From positions 1-58,812 of the forward strand of contig CAZZEF010000002.1 of the NCBI GenBank assembly GCA_964652875.1: 58,812 nucleotides of DNA. Direction: 5' to 3'. The notes beneath the pieces were generated by a model, which was not told where the DNA came from, made no database searches, and saw only the letters and a list, made by a program, of their open reading frames with translations. A program made the position numbers and the translations under genes. Shown in pieces: positions 7,545-17,261 of the stretch. This DNA comes from an uncultured Planctomycetaceae bacterium. GTDB taxonomy: Bacteria > Planctomycetota > Planctomycetia > Pirellulales > Thermoguttaceae. Position 1 is the stretch's first letter; the number at the start of each line of letters is the position of its first letter.

Positions 7545-8234
7545 ATGAATCTGTTCGACAGGTTTGAAACGAAAGAAAAAATTTTAACAGCTTTAGAAGA
7601 ATGTATTCAACAGGACATTAACGGAAATTATTTTCTTTCCAATCCGGACGACAAAGGCAAAACATCCGAATTCACTCAACTGCATCAAGAGTATCAAAAA
7701 CTTTTAGAAGAAAATGAAAAACTTAAGAAAGAAACTGCCTCTGGGCATGCCGCAATTGAAGAGCTTGCGAGTTTAAATCCGAGTGAACTCCAAAAGAAAA
7801 TGAAAAATTACACAAAAGAGAAATCGGAACTTCTCGCCAACAATGAACACCTGACCAATGAGCTTAAAAAGCTTAATGACGAACTCGAATATTATCACCA
7901 AAAAGAAAGAGAAGATCAAATTCGCACCATTCTTCATGAAGAAGCGGAAAAGCTTGGCATTCGCCCGGAGGCAATACGCGATGTTGATCGATTGATTTAT
8001 TGGGTTTATGAAAATGAAGACGGTTCGCTCACAACTGAAGACGGATTGACTATTTCGGAACTTCTCAAAAATGAGCTTGCACTTTCTCCGCATTGGCTTC
8101 CAGACTCACTAGCCGGGGGCAGTCACTCCATCCAACCTTTTCTTTCTTCCATGCCACAAAATATTCAATTCGAAAACGCAAAAAAAAATCAGGACATTAC
8201 CGGAATGATTCTGAATGCTCCCATTATTGACTAA
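7545..8234 (+). CDS. Putative capsid scaffolding protein
   Basis: 229-aa acidic coiled-coil protein (EYQKLLEENEKLKKE, LTNELKKLNDELEYYHQKE) immediately upstream of the major capsid gene. AGGAG SD precedes the ATG. Confidence 0.55.
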   Translation: MNLFDRFETKEKILTALEECIQQDINGNYFLSNPDDKGKTSEFTQLHQEYQKLLEENEKLKKETASGHAAIEELASLNPSELQKKMKNYTKEKSELLANNEHLTNELKKLNDELEYYHQKEREDQIRTILHEEAEKLGIRPEAIRDVDRLIYWVYENEDGSLTTEDGLTISELLKNELALSPHWLPDSLAGGSHSIQPFLSSMPQNIQFENAKKNQDITGMILNAPIID

Positions 8235-8246
8235 AAAGGAGAATTA

Positions 8247-9389
8247 ATGACAGCTATCAACAGTTATGAATGGAACAGTTTAAAAAGAGATTTTTCAGAA
8301 GTTCTTTCGGCCGTTACAGCGGCAGCGCCAAGTTTTCTAACGCTGTTTCCTCTTAAAGGACACGCCGTTAATACTAAACATGAATGGCTGGAAGATCAAA
8401 TTAAACCGAAACAAATAGCGTATTCTGCCTACGCATCAGGGACTTTTACTGTTACCGATTCCAGTGGCTGGGAAGCAGGAGATTATGTAAATATTCTCGG
8501 TAATTCAGCTATTTTTAAAATCGCCAGCAAAACAAGTACAACAATTGTTGTTACACTTGTGGCCGCCAATGGCGGATATTCCGCACTTTCAAGTACCGGA
8601 TCTCCCGGTTCTGGAGCTGGTACACTCTGTTTTATTTCCCGACCAATGTCAGAAGGGAGTTCAAGCGGAATTGATGTTCACCGACAATCCTCAGTCGAAT
8701 ACAATTATTCTCAAATCGTTCGACGGGATATTGCTTTGAGCGGAACATCAACCGCCGTTCAAACCTACGGAATGGAAAATGCCGCCGCTTATCAAGAAGC
8801 AGAAGCCATTCGACAAATAGTCTATGAAATGAATTCCATTGCCCTTTTCGGAGTACGTCAACAGAGAACCTCCTCTGCGCTTGGAACAACTGGCGGGCTT
8901 TATTATTTCGGAACACAAACAGGGTGCTTAAGTGATGACTATTCATCCAATCCTGCAGCACTCACCACATCGATCATCAATAAAGGTGCACAAAAGATCG
9001 TCGAAGCTGGCGGAACTCCCAATGTTATTCTTTGCGGAACAGGGCAGGCTCGTGTTATTTCCCGACTTTATAATTCGACTCTCCATGTTGAAAGAGCAGA
9101 TCAGGTCCGGGGATCTTTTGTTTCGCATATTATCAATGAATCGACAGGTGGATTAATGCAAGTCTTTGTCGAACCCAATATGCTCGATACCGATATTTGG
9201 GTTATTGATCCGAGTGGTTTCGGAATGATCTGGCTTCGCGATCTTGTTTCATCTGACGCTACGGTTACCAACCAGGACGGTTTTTCCAGAAAAATAATCG
9301 GAGAATTTTCGCTCGAATTCAAAAATTCCAAACAAAAACTCTGCCGTATCAGTGGACTTCAAGCTTCTGCAACAACACTCAACTCTTGA
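8247..9389 (+). CDS. Phage major capsid protein (HK97 fold, DUF5309/SU10-type pattern)
   Basis: 380-aa ORF with an early HEWLEDQ motif, YNYSQIVRRDIALSGT and EAEAIRQIVYEMNSIALFG, typical of this capsid family as I recall it. A scaffold-like gene lies upstream and a strong terminator downstream. Confidence 0.7.
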   Translation: MTAINSYEWNSLKRDFSEVLSAVTAAAPSFLTLFPLKGHAVNTKHEWLEDQIKPKQIAYSAYASGTFTVTDSSGWEAGDYVNILGNSAIFKIASKTSTTIVVTLVAANGGYSALSSTGSPGSGAGTLCFISRPMSEGSSSGIDVHRQSSVEYNYSQIVRRDIALSGTSTAVQTYGMENAAAYQEAEAIRQIVYEMNSIALFGVRQQRTSSALGTTGGLYYFGTQTGCLSDDYSSNPAALTTSIINKGAQKIVEAGGTPNVILCGTGQARVISRLYNSTLHVERADQVRGSFVSHIINESTGGLMQVFVEPNMLDTDIWVIDPSGFGMIWLRDLVSSDATVTNQDGFSRKIIGEFSLEFKNSKQKLCRISGLQASATTLNS

Positions 9390-9460
9390 GTATTTCAATA
9401 TTAATTTCATTCGATAAGACTCATCATATAAACTAATAAACAGAGGTCCAATCGAATGAA

Positions 9461-9495
9461 GCGCCGGAAAACAATATTATTTCCGGCGTTTTTTG
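9461..9495 (+). terminator. Rho-independent terminator after the capsid gene
   Basis: CGCCGGAAA-ACAATATTA-TTTCCGGCG followed by TTTTTT. Confidence 0.75.
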
Positions 9496-9689
9496 TCAGC
9501 TTTTTATTATGTAAACAATAACCGCAATATAGATATATTGTGATTTTGTCAATGATAACTTAATTCATACTCTCCTCTTTTAAAATTTTTCATGTCTGCG
9601 GACTTTATGTATTAATCTTACCGACAGATAAAAGAAAAATTTTAAGCGGAAACAATAGAATCAGTATTATAAAAAAGGAGTTCATCACT

Positions 9690-9920
9690 ATGAAAATTCT
9701 TTCCATCGAAAAAGGTTATAATCATAATATAATTAACTACGAGTATCACAATGAGATCTGTCAATTTATTTTTGCTCGAGATCAAGACGTTGAAACCGCT
9801 ATAAAAAATTTATCAGCACTATATGAAAAAAAAGATATGGAGGATCTCTCGAAAAAAGAAAAATCAAGAATAATTACAAAGAAATTATCAAAGAAAAATC
9901 AGGAGAATAAAACATTATGA
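9690..9920 (+). CDS. Small phage protein, unknown
   Basis: 76-aa ORF with AAGGAG SD and an ATGA overlap with the next gene. Confidence 0.5.
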   Translation: MKILSIEKGYNHNIINYEYHNEICQFIFARDQDVETAIKNLSALYEKKDMEDLSKKEKSRIITKKLSKKNQENKTL

Positions 9921-10369
9921 TATGGCTGACTCTTAACGAAGCTGTTCTGTATTTTTCCAACAGACCGTTTGCTTCTTCCTGGATTGAGGCATCAAACGAT
10001 TTGAAAACCAAATGTTTGAGCTGGTCTGAAATTATTTTGGACAGCGCCTTCACTTGGTCGCACAACGCTTTTAATATTGATATTTCCGGCAATATTATTG
10101 CGCATGAAAAAATAAAAAATGCGGTTTGCGAACAAGCTCTTTGGTTATTAGAAAAGAATAATTCAGCCGAAATTCCTTTTTTTCAAAAAGAGTTGGAGTC
10201 CGTCTCACTCAACGGCATTAGTGTAAAATTTTCTCAAAATATTAATTCTTTGACACAGATCGATAAACTTCTTTCTTTTAGCGCTGTTTTATTGATCGGA
10301 AATCTTGGGATTCTAAAAAAAGAAAACAGAGAAAACGGAACGATTTTATCAAGTATGCTTGAACGGTAA
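9917..10369 (+). CDS. Putative head-tail adaptor/connector (DnaT_2 / gp6-like pattern)
   Basis: 150-aa ORF. The N-terminus LTLNEAVLYFSNRPFASSWIEASNDLKTKCLSWSEIILD resembles the head-completion adaptor family. It lies downstream of the capsid gene. Confidence 0.45.
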   Translation: MIWLTLNEAVLYFSNRPFASSWIEASNDLKTKCLSWSEIILDSAFTWSHNAFNIDISGNIIAHEKIKNAVCEQALWLLEKNNSAEIPFFQKELESVSLNGISVKFSQNINSLTQIDKLLSFSAVLLIGNLGILKKENRENGTILSSMLER

Positions 10370-10760
10370 GGAGAATATTTTGATTACTCAAACCTGTCTT
10401 ACACATTTTGTTCAAAGAAAAATAAAGGATTTGTTTCATTTGCTTGGTTCAGAAATCACTATTACTGGTGTTTGGCCGAAAGAAGAGAGTCAATCGTTAT
10501 ACGATTACAAAGAAACTGGTCATCTGGTTTTATTTATTCCAACATCTTTTATTCCAGATATAATCGAAAGCAATGACCGATTACATTCCGCGACAGGTGA
10601 AAACATTTCCGGACTTGTCTTTTACGAAAACAACTTTAATATTCCCACTCCCTATTGCGGGGCGGTAATTTTCAACGATAATATTTATCAGCTTACCAGT
10701 CTTGAAAAAGAGTATTGGGGAACAGAACTTGTAATTTTAAAATTTAAAGGAACCCGATAA
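10359..10760 (+). CDS. Phage head-block protein, unknown (TTG start; alternative TTG at 10380 behind AAGGAG)
   Basis: 133-aa ORF and the last gene of the plus-strand head block. Confidence 0.45.
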   Translation: MNGKENILITQTCLTHFVQRKIKDLFHLLGSEITITGVWPKEESQSLYDYKETGHLVLFIPTSFIPDIIESNDRLHSATGENISGLVFYENNFNIPTPYCGAVIFNDNIYQLTSLEKEYWGTELVILKFKGTR

Positions 10761-11233
10761 TTTTCCCTTTTATTATCCATCGTTGAGATCAAATTCTATT
10801 TAAGCATCAATTTCAACGTTTTATAAATTTATACATGAAATCAACTTCAGAAATTTTTCCAACTTCAAGAATTATTCTTCGGCTAAACATTACTTTTTTC
10901 TCTAACTCCAAAGAACCGTTCTCTAACGAAATCAATGATCGAAAATATGAAAAATAAAAATCGACAGTATAAAATACTAGTTTAAAATCTTTATGAGAAC
11001 CTTTTTTTGACATTTATATAAAGAGTCCCGTTTTAAATACGTTCAGCCCAGAATGGCATAATTTTAAAACGGGACCTTAATTAAACTTACTTTTATACCG
11101 GTTATTTTTTATTGATCTTTAATCGAAAAAACAGTCTGTATAAATATCGTTTAAAACTTTTCAATAGTGATTGGATGTATTTTATAAAACATATGAATTA
11201 ACGAAAAAATGACTTTTCGCAATGCGCCAAATC

Positions 11234-11809
11234 TTATTTCTTTTCGGAATTCTTAGCGGCGGCTTTTTGATCCGCTTTAGCTTTGGCTTTTGCCGCTCGA
11301 TCCGCTTTAACTTTGACTTGCCGCTGATCCGCTTTTTTCTTCTGTTCCGCTTTTAACATTGACAAATTATCATCATATTCTTTTTTCTGCTCCGGTGTCA
11401 ATGTCGCAATTATTTTATCTTTACATTCACGATCAAGATTCGCAAGACGAGCCCGAAGAGATGCGACAACTTCGTTGTATTCCGCTTGAATTTTAAATAT
11501 CGCTTCTTTTTGCGGATCTGTCAATTTTTGTTTAAATTTATAAAACTGAAAAGGAAGACGTTTTTGAAATTTTTTAGTCTTAATTTTTTCAAGACAAACC
11601 TTACCGGAAGCTCTATTCATCATTGATTTGAGTTCTTCTTTTTCAGCCATCAATAAAGATGTCGGAGTAGCAGGCGCGGCAGGTGCCGGAGCAGCCTGAG
11701 CCGGTGCAGGCTTGACTGGGACAGGCTTGGCAGTATTTTGTGCCATTGAAAATGATCCAAAAACAAAAACAGAAAGAATGACAGCAAATGGCATAATAAA
11801 ATTCTTCAT
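11234..11809 (-). CDS. Periplasmic LTXXQ-motif (Spy/CpxP-like) protein
   Basis: Signal peptide, Pro/Ala linker, two LTxxQ motifs (LTDPQKEAI, LTPEQKKEY) and a Lys/Ala-rich tail. Confidence 0.6.
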   Translation of the reverse strand: MKNFIMPFAVILSVFVFGSFSMAQNTAKPVPVKPAPAQAAPAPAAPATPTSLLMAEKEELKSMMNRASGKVCLEKIKTKKFQKRLPFQFYKFKQKLTDPQKEAIFKIQAEYNEVVASLRARLANLDRECKDKIIATLTPEQKKEYDDNLSMLKAEQKKKADQRQVKVKADRAAKAKAKADQKAAAKNSEKK

Positions 11810-12593
11810 TTAAACCCTTTCCTTAATTTAACAAAAAATACTTACAACAATTTTGAATAAGAAAGTTTGATAACTTTCCCTAACTTAATAATACTTTTCG
11901 AAACAAACGAAAATTCTGACATACATTACTAATTTTTACGAGCTTAAAAATAACGATATTTTCCCAATATTTTAAAAAATAATATCGCTTTTGAATAAAA
12001 GGAACGCTAATGCGTTAAAATATTAAATATCATATATAATTTTAACTTTCTTTTACATAAAATCAACACATAAATAATATTTTTATTATTATATATCATC
12101 TTAACAGAATTATACTTTAAAAACAATTAGCCATCTCAAGAATACAAATAAAAAATAAAATTAAGCAAGATAGATAATAAAATATGGAGGATTCTTTTAT
12201 ATTAACCAAAGAAAAAGATCATTGCAAAATCAAAATAAATAACAAGATCAAAATCATCACAAAATTGCAGCTCAACTGCAATAAATAATGTTATTTTTCC
12301 ATTCTCAATGGCGTTGTAAATATTCGTTTATCGAACAAACCAGTTTAAATTTGAGAAATATCAATAAAAACTGCTATTAACGGATTTTTGATTGACCAGT
12401 TGAGAAAATCCCAAAAACACTCCTTAAAAAAAGGTTTAACGTTTTTTGATTTTTACGACTGTCTTTTTATGTCAATGTCATATATAGGCTAAAACAAATA
12501 AATAAAAACAGAAAACACCTTGGCGAAACAATGAGTGACGATATAATATTTTATATTGTTCAATTTTAAAAATTTTTCGTCGGCAAATTAAAT

Positions 12594-14276
12594 TTGTCGG
12601 TCGGAGCGTTCACGATGAAAAACACCTCGGAATCAGAAAACACGGACTTCTTTGACGATCCCTATCTGAATTTGTCGCTGGGTGACTATATGATCTTGCG
12701 TCGTATTGGATCCGGAGCCATGGCCGATGTCTATCTGGCTAAACAGATCTCTCTTGACCGCGAAATTGCACTTAAAATTCTTAAAGAAGATCTCTCCAAC
12801 GATGAAACTGGTGTCCGCCGATTTGTTCAGGAGGCACAGGCTGCCGCCCGACTTGAACACCCTAATATCGTTCATATTTATGAAGTCGGATCCGTTCTTT
12901 ATCCGGGTACCGCATCAAAACAGGGACCTTTCTCTTTCTTGCGCCGTTTTTTTTCACGAAAAATCAAACATCCGTCGATCCATTATATTGCGCAGGAATA
13001 TGTGCCCGGTCTCAATCTTCAGCAATTTTTGCGAATGCGGGGAAAACTTTCTGTTCATCAGACGCTGACCATTTTACTCAATATCTGTTCCGCACTTGAG
13101 AAAGCCGGAAAATTTGGTATTGTTCATCGCGATATCAAACCGGAAAACATTCTTTTAAGCACACAAGGAACTGTTAAAATTACAGATTTCGGCTTGGCGT
13201 ATCTCGAAACAATGCACGCAGAACGAAGTCTTTCCTTAACTCAAATTGGTTTGACTCTCGGAACCCCGCTTTACATGAGCCCGGAACAGGCCGAGGGTGG
13301 ATTAATCGACTTTCGAAGCGATCTTTATTCACTAGGCATTACCGCGTTCCATATGCTGGCCGGTCAACCTCCTTTTGTTGCAGATACTCCTCTTTCCGTT
13401 ATTCTGCAACATATGAATCGGGCCATTCCCAATATTAGAGACTTTCGACCGGAAGTATCAGAAACTTTTTCCGCTATCATTCAAAAAATGATGGCTAAAA
13501 AACCTCAAGATCGTTTTCAATCGGTTACGGATTTACTGGATCTCTTGAAAAAAGAATTAAAAGAGGTCAATCGTCAAACATCTTTTGCGGAAGACGATCC
13601 CGACCTTGAACGCTGGAATTCGGCCAAAATTTTTCAAGATCAAACAGAACAGGATGCGTTCGAAAGTTCCTTGCGACGAAACGAACTGTCCATGACGCTT
13701 CAAACTTCATTATTTCATTTAAAAACACTCAAAGAACAAGAACACCGTTCGATATGGCTAAATCCTCAAGCGAAAAGATCCTTCTTTATTCTGATCTTTT
13801 TCGCTTTTCTTACGGGGATTGCTTCCGTTTTTTTTACCCAATTATCTCCTGCTCCTTTCGCGGAACGTGAACAATCCGTTTCCATTGCCCAACTTAATAC
13901 CGTTGAAGAACAATGGGTCTTCGCGTCTCAACTTGGTACCATTGACGCCTGGAAAAGTGTTATTCGTTTCTTTCCTGAAAAAGAATATTGGAAAAGAAAG
14001 GCTCTGCAGCAGCTTGCCTTGGTTTATATGCGCGAAAATAATCGAAATGAAGCTAAAAAAATATTTATCGATTTCATCGAAATGACTCCTTTTGATAAAA
14101 AATACAAAAATTTCGGTCTTGCCGGACTTGCCTGGTGTATGGCTTGCGATGGTAAAGAAAGTGAAGCAGTTTGGACTCTTTCCAATCTTCGGTCCGAACA
14201 AAATACAACATTTGACCGGTTAACAGAAGATATTATCTCAAAAACGCAGGAAATGATTCGAAGCAGAAAAAGTTAG
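12594..14276 (+). CDS. Ser/Thr protein kinase with TM segment and TPR-like C-terminal domain
   Basis: Contains GSGAMADVYLA...ALK, HRDIKPENILL, DFGLA and GTPLYMSPEQ. A TM lies around FFILIFFAFLTGIASVFF. Confidence 0.9.
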   Translation: MSVGAFTMKNTSESENTDFFDDPYLNLSLGDYMILRRIGSGAMADVYLAKQISLDREIALKILKEDLSNDETGVRRFVQEAQAAARLEHPNIVHIYEVGSVLYPGTASKQGPFSFLRRFFSRKIKHPSIHYIAQEYVPGLNLQQFLRMRGKLSVHQTLTILLNICSALEKAGKFGIVHRDIKPENILLSTQGTVKITDFGLAYLETMHAERSLSLTQIGLTLGTPLYMSPEQAEGGLIDFRSDLYSLGITAFHMLAGQPPFVADTPLSVILQHMNRAIPNIRDFRPEVSETFSAIIQKMMAKKPQDRFQSVTDLLDLLKKELKEVNRQTSFAEDDPDLERWNSAKIFQDQTEQDAFESSLRRNELSMTLQTSLFHLKTLKEQEHRSIWLNPQAKRSFFILIFFAFLTGIASVFFTQLSPAPFAEREQSVSIAQLNTVEEQWVFASQLGTIDAWKSVIRFFPEKEYWKRKALQQLALVYMRENNRNEAKKIFIDFIEMTPFDKKYKNFGLAGLAWCMACDGKESEAVWTLSNLRSEQNTTFDRLTEDIISKTQEMIRSRKS

Positions 14277-14500
14277 TTTCGTCTTTTTGTCCATTATAAT
14301 TTTAAAAAAACTGATTTTGGACTTGCGGCAAATTCATAAAATCATCATACTCAAAATCTGTCCTCATATCAACTCGCAACAGAAAAACAAACATTTAGAA
14401 TCTCTCCTTTGTTTCAGGGTTGAACTTTCAATGAGTCTAAATAGATATTGTGTCCGTTTTGACAATCAATAAGTTTCAATATTTTACCTTACTGCGAAAA

Positions 14501-15256
14501 ATGAACCTGTTAAGAAAGAAAAAAGCGAATAACCGACGAACGGAAGATAAACTGTTCAACCAGTTTATCCTTTTGGTTATCGTGTTAATATTCATTTCTT
14601 TCATCATATTTTCCGGGTGCGCCGGTGTTCCGGAAAAGGTTCCGTCCTTGGAAATAGCTTCCGGGAGTACTGGGAATCTAAACCCGCTTTATATCAGAAC
14701 CGATGATAACCAATGGCTTTGGGAATCCATCGTCGATGTTGTCGACAATTATTTTGAAATTACCGACGAATCACCAGTCTTGAAGGATGAAATTCAAAAA
14801 AACGGTTCTCTTGTCCGTCGTTATACCGAAGGCAGACTTGATACAAAACCGGTTATCGCGCCGGGGGTTTTTCAGCCTTGGAAAAAAAGTTCCGCCAATA
14901 TCTCACAACGCTGGCAAGCAACTTTTCAAACGGTTCGCCGATACGCTGTTGTTCGTGTTGTTCCAGAAGATAACGGTTTTAAGATCAATTTGGCCGTTTA
15001 TAATGAAATGGAAAACCAATCGAATCCAATGAATTCAAACAAATCGATCTCGAACTTTACTTTCTCGGACGACTTGAGTCAGTTGGAACTCCCTGCTGGT
15101 CCAAACGCGCCTTCGGAAGGCTGGTTTCCAATCGGCCGCAATTTTGAACTGGAACAAACTATTCTTGAAGAACTTGCCTGGCGCTTAAATAATCCACCTT
15201 ATCTTGTTAACCCGCAAAATTCATCTCCGTCAGCAAAGCAGCCGATCGTCCCTTAG
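14501..15256 (+). CDS. Lipoprotein, unknown function
   Basis: Start chosen at MNLLRKKK. Hydrophobic segment ends in the lipobox-like FSGC. Confidence 0.6.
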   Translation: MNLLRKKKANNRRTEDKLFNQFILLVIVLIFISFIIFSGCAGVPEKVPSLEIASGSTGNLNPLYIRTDDNQWLWESIVDVVDNYFEITDESPVLKDEIQKNGSLVRRYTEGRLDTKPVIAPGVFQPWKKSSANISQRWQATFQTVRRYAVVRVVPEDNGFKINLAVYNEMENQSNPMNSNKSISNFTFSDDLSQLELPAGPNAPSEGWFPIGRNFELEQTILEELAWRLNNPPYLVNPQNSSPSAKQPIVP

Positions 15257-15575
15257 TTTTAGAATTTTCAATTTTTAAAAAAGGTTTTATTTTTTGAAAA
15301 ATTTTTTCTCCGATTCCGTGAACCAGCATCAAATCTTCCAGATGATCAAATCCGCCCAATTCCTGCCGTTTATCTATAATTTTATCGGCAAGCGCTGGAC
15401 CAATTCCCGGAATCAACCTTAACTCCGACTTATCCGCCTTGTTTACATCCACTTGAAAGATGTAAGAACACGCAGAACGATCTTCCTTACGATCAGCAAA
15501 GACAATATTTATAAAAAGAAAAACCAACGACATCAAAACAATCAACGACAGCGCATCTTTTAACGTCAGTTTCAT
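15207..15575 (-). CDS. comEA: ComEA-type helix-hairpin-helix DNA-binding protein
   Basis: N-terminal TM, then VDVNKADKSELRLIPGIGPALADKIIDKRQELGGFDHLEDLMLVHGIGEKIFQKI. Confidence 0.8.
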   Translation of the reverse strand: MKLTLKDALSLIVLMSLVFLFINIVFADRKEDRSACSYIFQVDVNKADKSELRLIPGIGPALADKIIDKRQELGGFDHLEDLMLVHGIGEKIFQKIKPFLKIENSKTKGRSAALLTEMNFAG

Positions 15576-15760
15576 TCCGTTTTCTTTTTCCGTTACCGCT
15601 TAGCTCAACATTTTTTAAGAAGTCATATAAGCAAGTCATCCATTGATACAGTCAATGCATGATTTTCATCATTTGCCAAATGCTTTGACAAGCCGGTTTA
15701 TAAGGTCATCCCCCAAAATCGATCTCTCTTTTACAGAAACAGCCATAAATGATTCAGAAC

Positions 15761-16678
15761 TTATTCAATCTTATCGGAGGTATCGTCTTCCACGCTTTCC
15801 TTGCATTCCAAAGAAGGAATAGCGACATCTCTTGTTAAAGAAGCCAAATAATCGGAAAACAAAGAGATCATATCCAAAAGATTTTCATATTCACGAAGAG
15901 GAAGAAAAACACCGCCATCTGGAATAATTTCTTTTAACGCAGAAATTTTATCCGAATTTTGCTGTTTTTCTGAACGAGACAAAAAAGCTTTTTGAAGAAA
16001 ACTTTTTTTCTTGGCCATATGTCCCTGTTTATCGCCATCAAGATCTTCAAGACCTTTAAAAGAGGCATCGACACTGACATCAAACGAACGTATATTTTCG
16101 AGCAGATCACGAAAACGCGCAACGAAATAGGTAAAGAAAATCGTCATCTGCGCAATTTGACCTGGCGCAAGATGAGCAGGGATCTTTGGAGGAAAAGCGG
16201 ATCGAAGCAATTCAGATTCACTTTTGGAAAACAATTCATCTTTCAGCGCAGAGTAATAAGTTTTTTCCCAAGAGAGGTCATCTTTGGGATCTTTGGCAAG
16301 AAAATCCGTTACCGTAACAGACGGGAAAGATTTTTCGCCTTGTTTTAGTCTGTTTCTAATATCTTTCAAGCGCTCCGCAATTTCTTGACGAGAACCGAAC
16401 AAAAAGCTTGTTCGCCCCAAAGAGATCAAATCGCCCGGACGAAGGAACCAGAACTGAACCACTTCTCCATTGACTTGGGTTCCGTTGGTACTTCCCAAAT
16501 CGACTAAAAGCGGCATATCCGACTCATAAACAATTTTAAGATGAAAACGACTGACTCGTTCATCTTTCAGTTCAATTGTATTTTCTTTTTCGCGACCAAT
16601 ACTGATCGGAAAAGACATATCGGAAAAAACGGTGCCTGTATCGGGACCATCAATAACTCGAAGAGTAATCGGATCCAT
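15761..16678 (-). CDS. FHA-domain protein
   Basis: Start chosen at MDPITLRVIDG. The FHA signature is ISIGREKENTIELKDERVSRFHLKI...GSTNGTQVNGE. Confidence 0.8.
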   Translation of the reverse strand: MDPITLRVIDGPDTGTVFSDMSFPISIGREKENTIELKDERVSRFHLKIVYESDMPLLVDLGSTNGTQVNGEVVQFWFLRPGDLISLGRTSFLFGSRQEIAERLKDIRNRLKQGEKSFPSVTVTDFLAKDPKDDLSWEKTYYSALKDELFSKSESELLRSAFPPKIPAHLAPGQIAQMTIFFTYFVARFRDLLENIRSFDVSVDASFKGLEDLDGDKQGHMAKKKSFLQKAFLSRSEKQQNSDKISALKEIIPDGGVFLPLREYENLLDMISLFSDYLASLTRDVAIPSLECKESVEDDTSDKIE

Positions 16679-16844
16679 CCTGTTTCCTCGACAAAAAAAA
16701 CGTTTATGGAAAACAGAAGCCCGGTACCGACAACGCGGCACGGGCCCAACATAAAAATACATAATTACCCCTATTTCATGTATTTATCAATATACATGAA
16801 ACAGAAACTTTGGACGAAATCGAAAACATACAGCTTTCGTTGAA

Positions 16845-17129
16845 CTATTTGTTCTCAGCCTGAGCTTTTTTTACTTTCAAAATCAATGAAGAAAGTCTCG
16901 ATTTTTTGCGCGCCGCGGTGTTTGCGTGCCACAAATTACGGCAAACAGCCTTATCCAACGAACTGCAAATACCCCGGAACTGGGTTTCCGCTTCGGCAAC
17001 ATTGCCGTCTTTCAGGATTTTGATTAAATTCTTGATCCGATTGCGAACGAGGGAACGGGCCGCGCGATTACGCTCACGATGAGCTATCGACTGTCGCAGT
17101 TGTTTTTTTGCACTTTTAATGTTTGGCAT
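16845..17129 (-). CDS. rpsT: 30S ribosomal protein S20
   Basis: MPNIKSAKKQLRQSIAHRERNRAARS...; 94 aa and basic. Confidence 0.9.
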   Translation of the reverse strand: MPNIKSAKKQLRQSIAHRERNRAARSLVRNRIKNLIKILKDGNVAEAETQFRGICSSLDKAVCRNLWHANTAARKKSRLSSLILKVKKAQAENK

Positions 17130-17261
17130 AATACTTTAAATACTGGAACTTGGGAGATAAACTCCGTTAAACTGATTCAAAACCTACTTTTACGCTTGTT
17201 CGCCGATCAGGAGTTCAATAGAAATCTCCTTTACTTTTTACAACGAACCTATTTTGAAAGA

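Noticed and set aside
11100-11150. Possible additional PAL trace (…AAAAAACAGTCTGTATAAATATCG)
   Set aside because: Only the terminal CAGT.TATAAA-like string matches. The hairpin and TTTTAAATTTTCC boxes are absent, so it is too weak to count.
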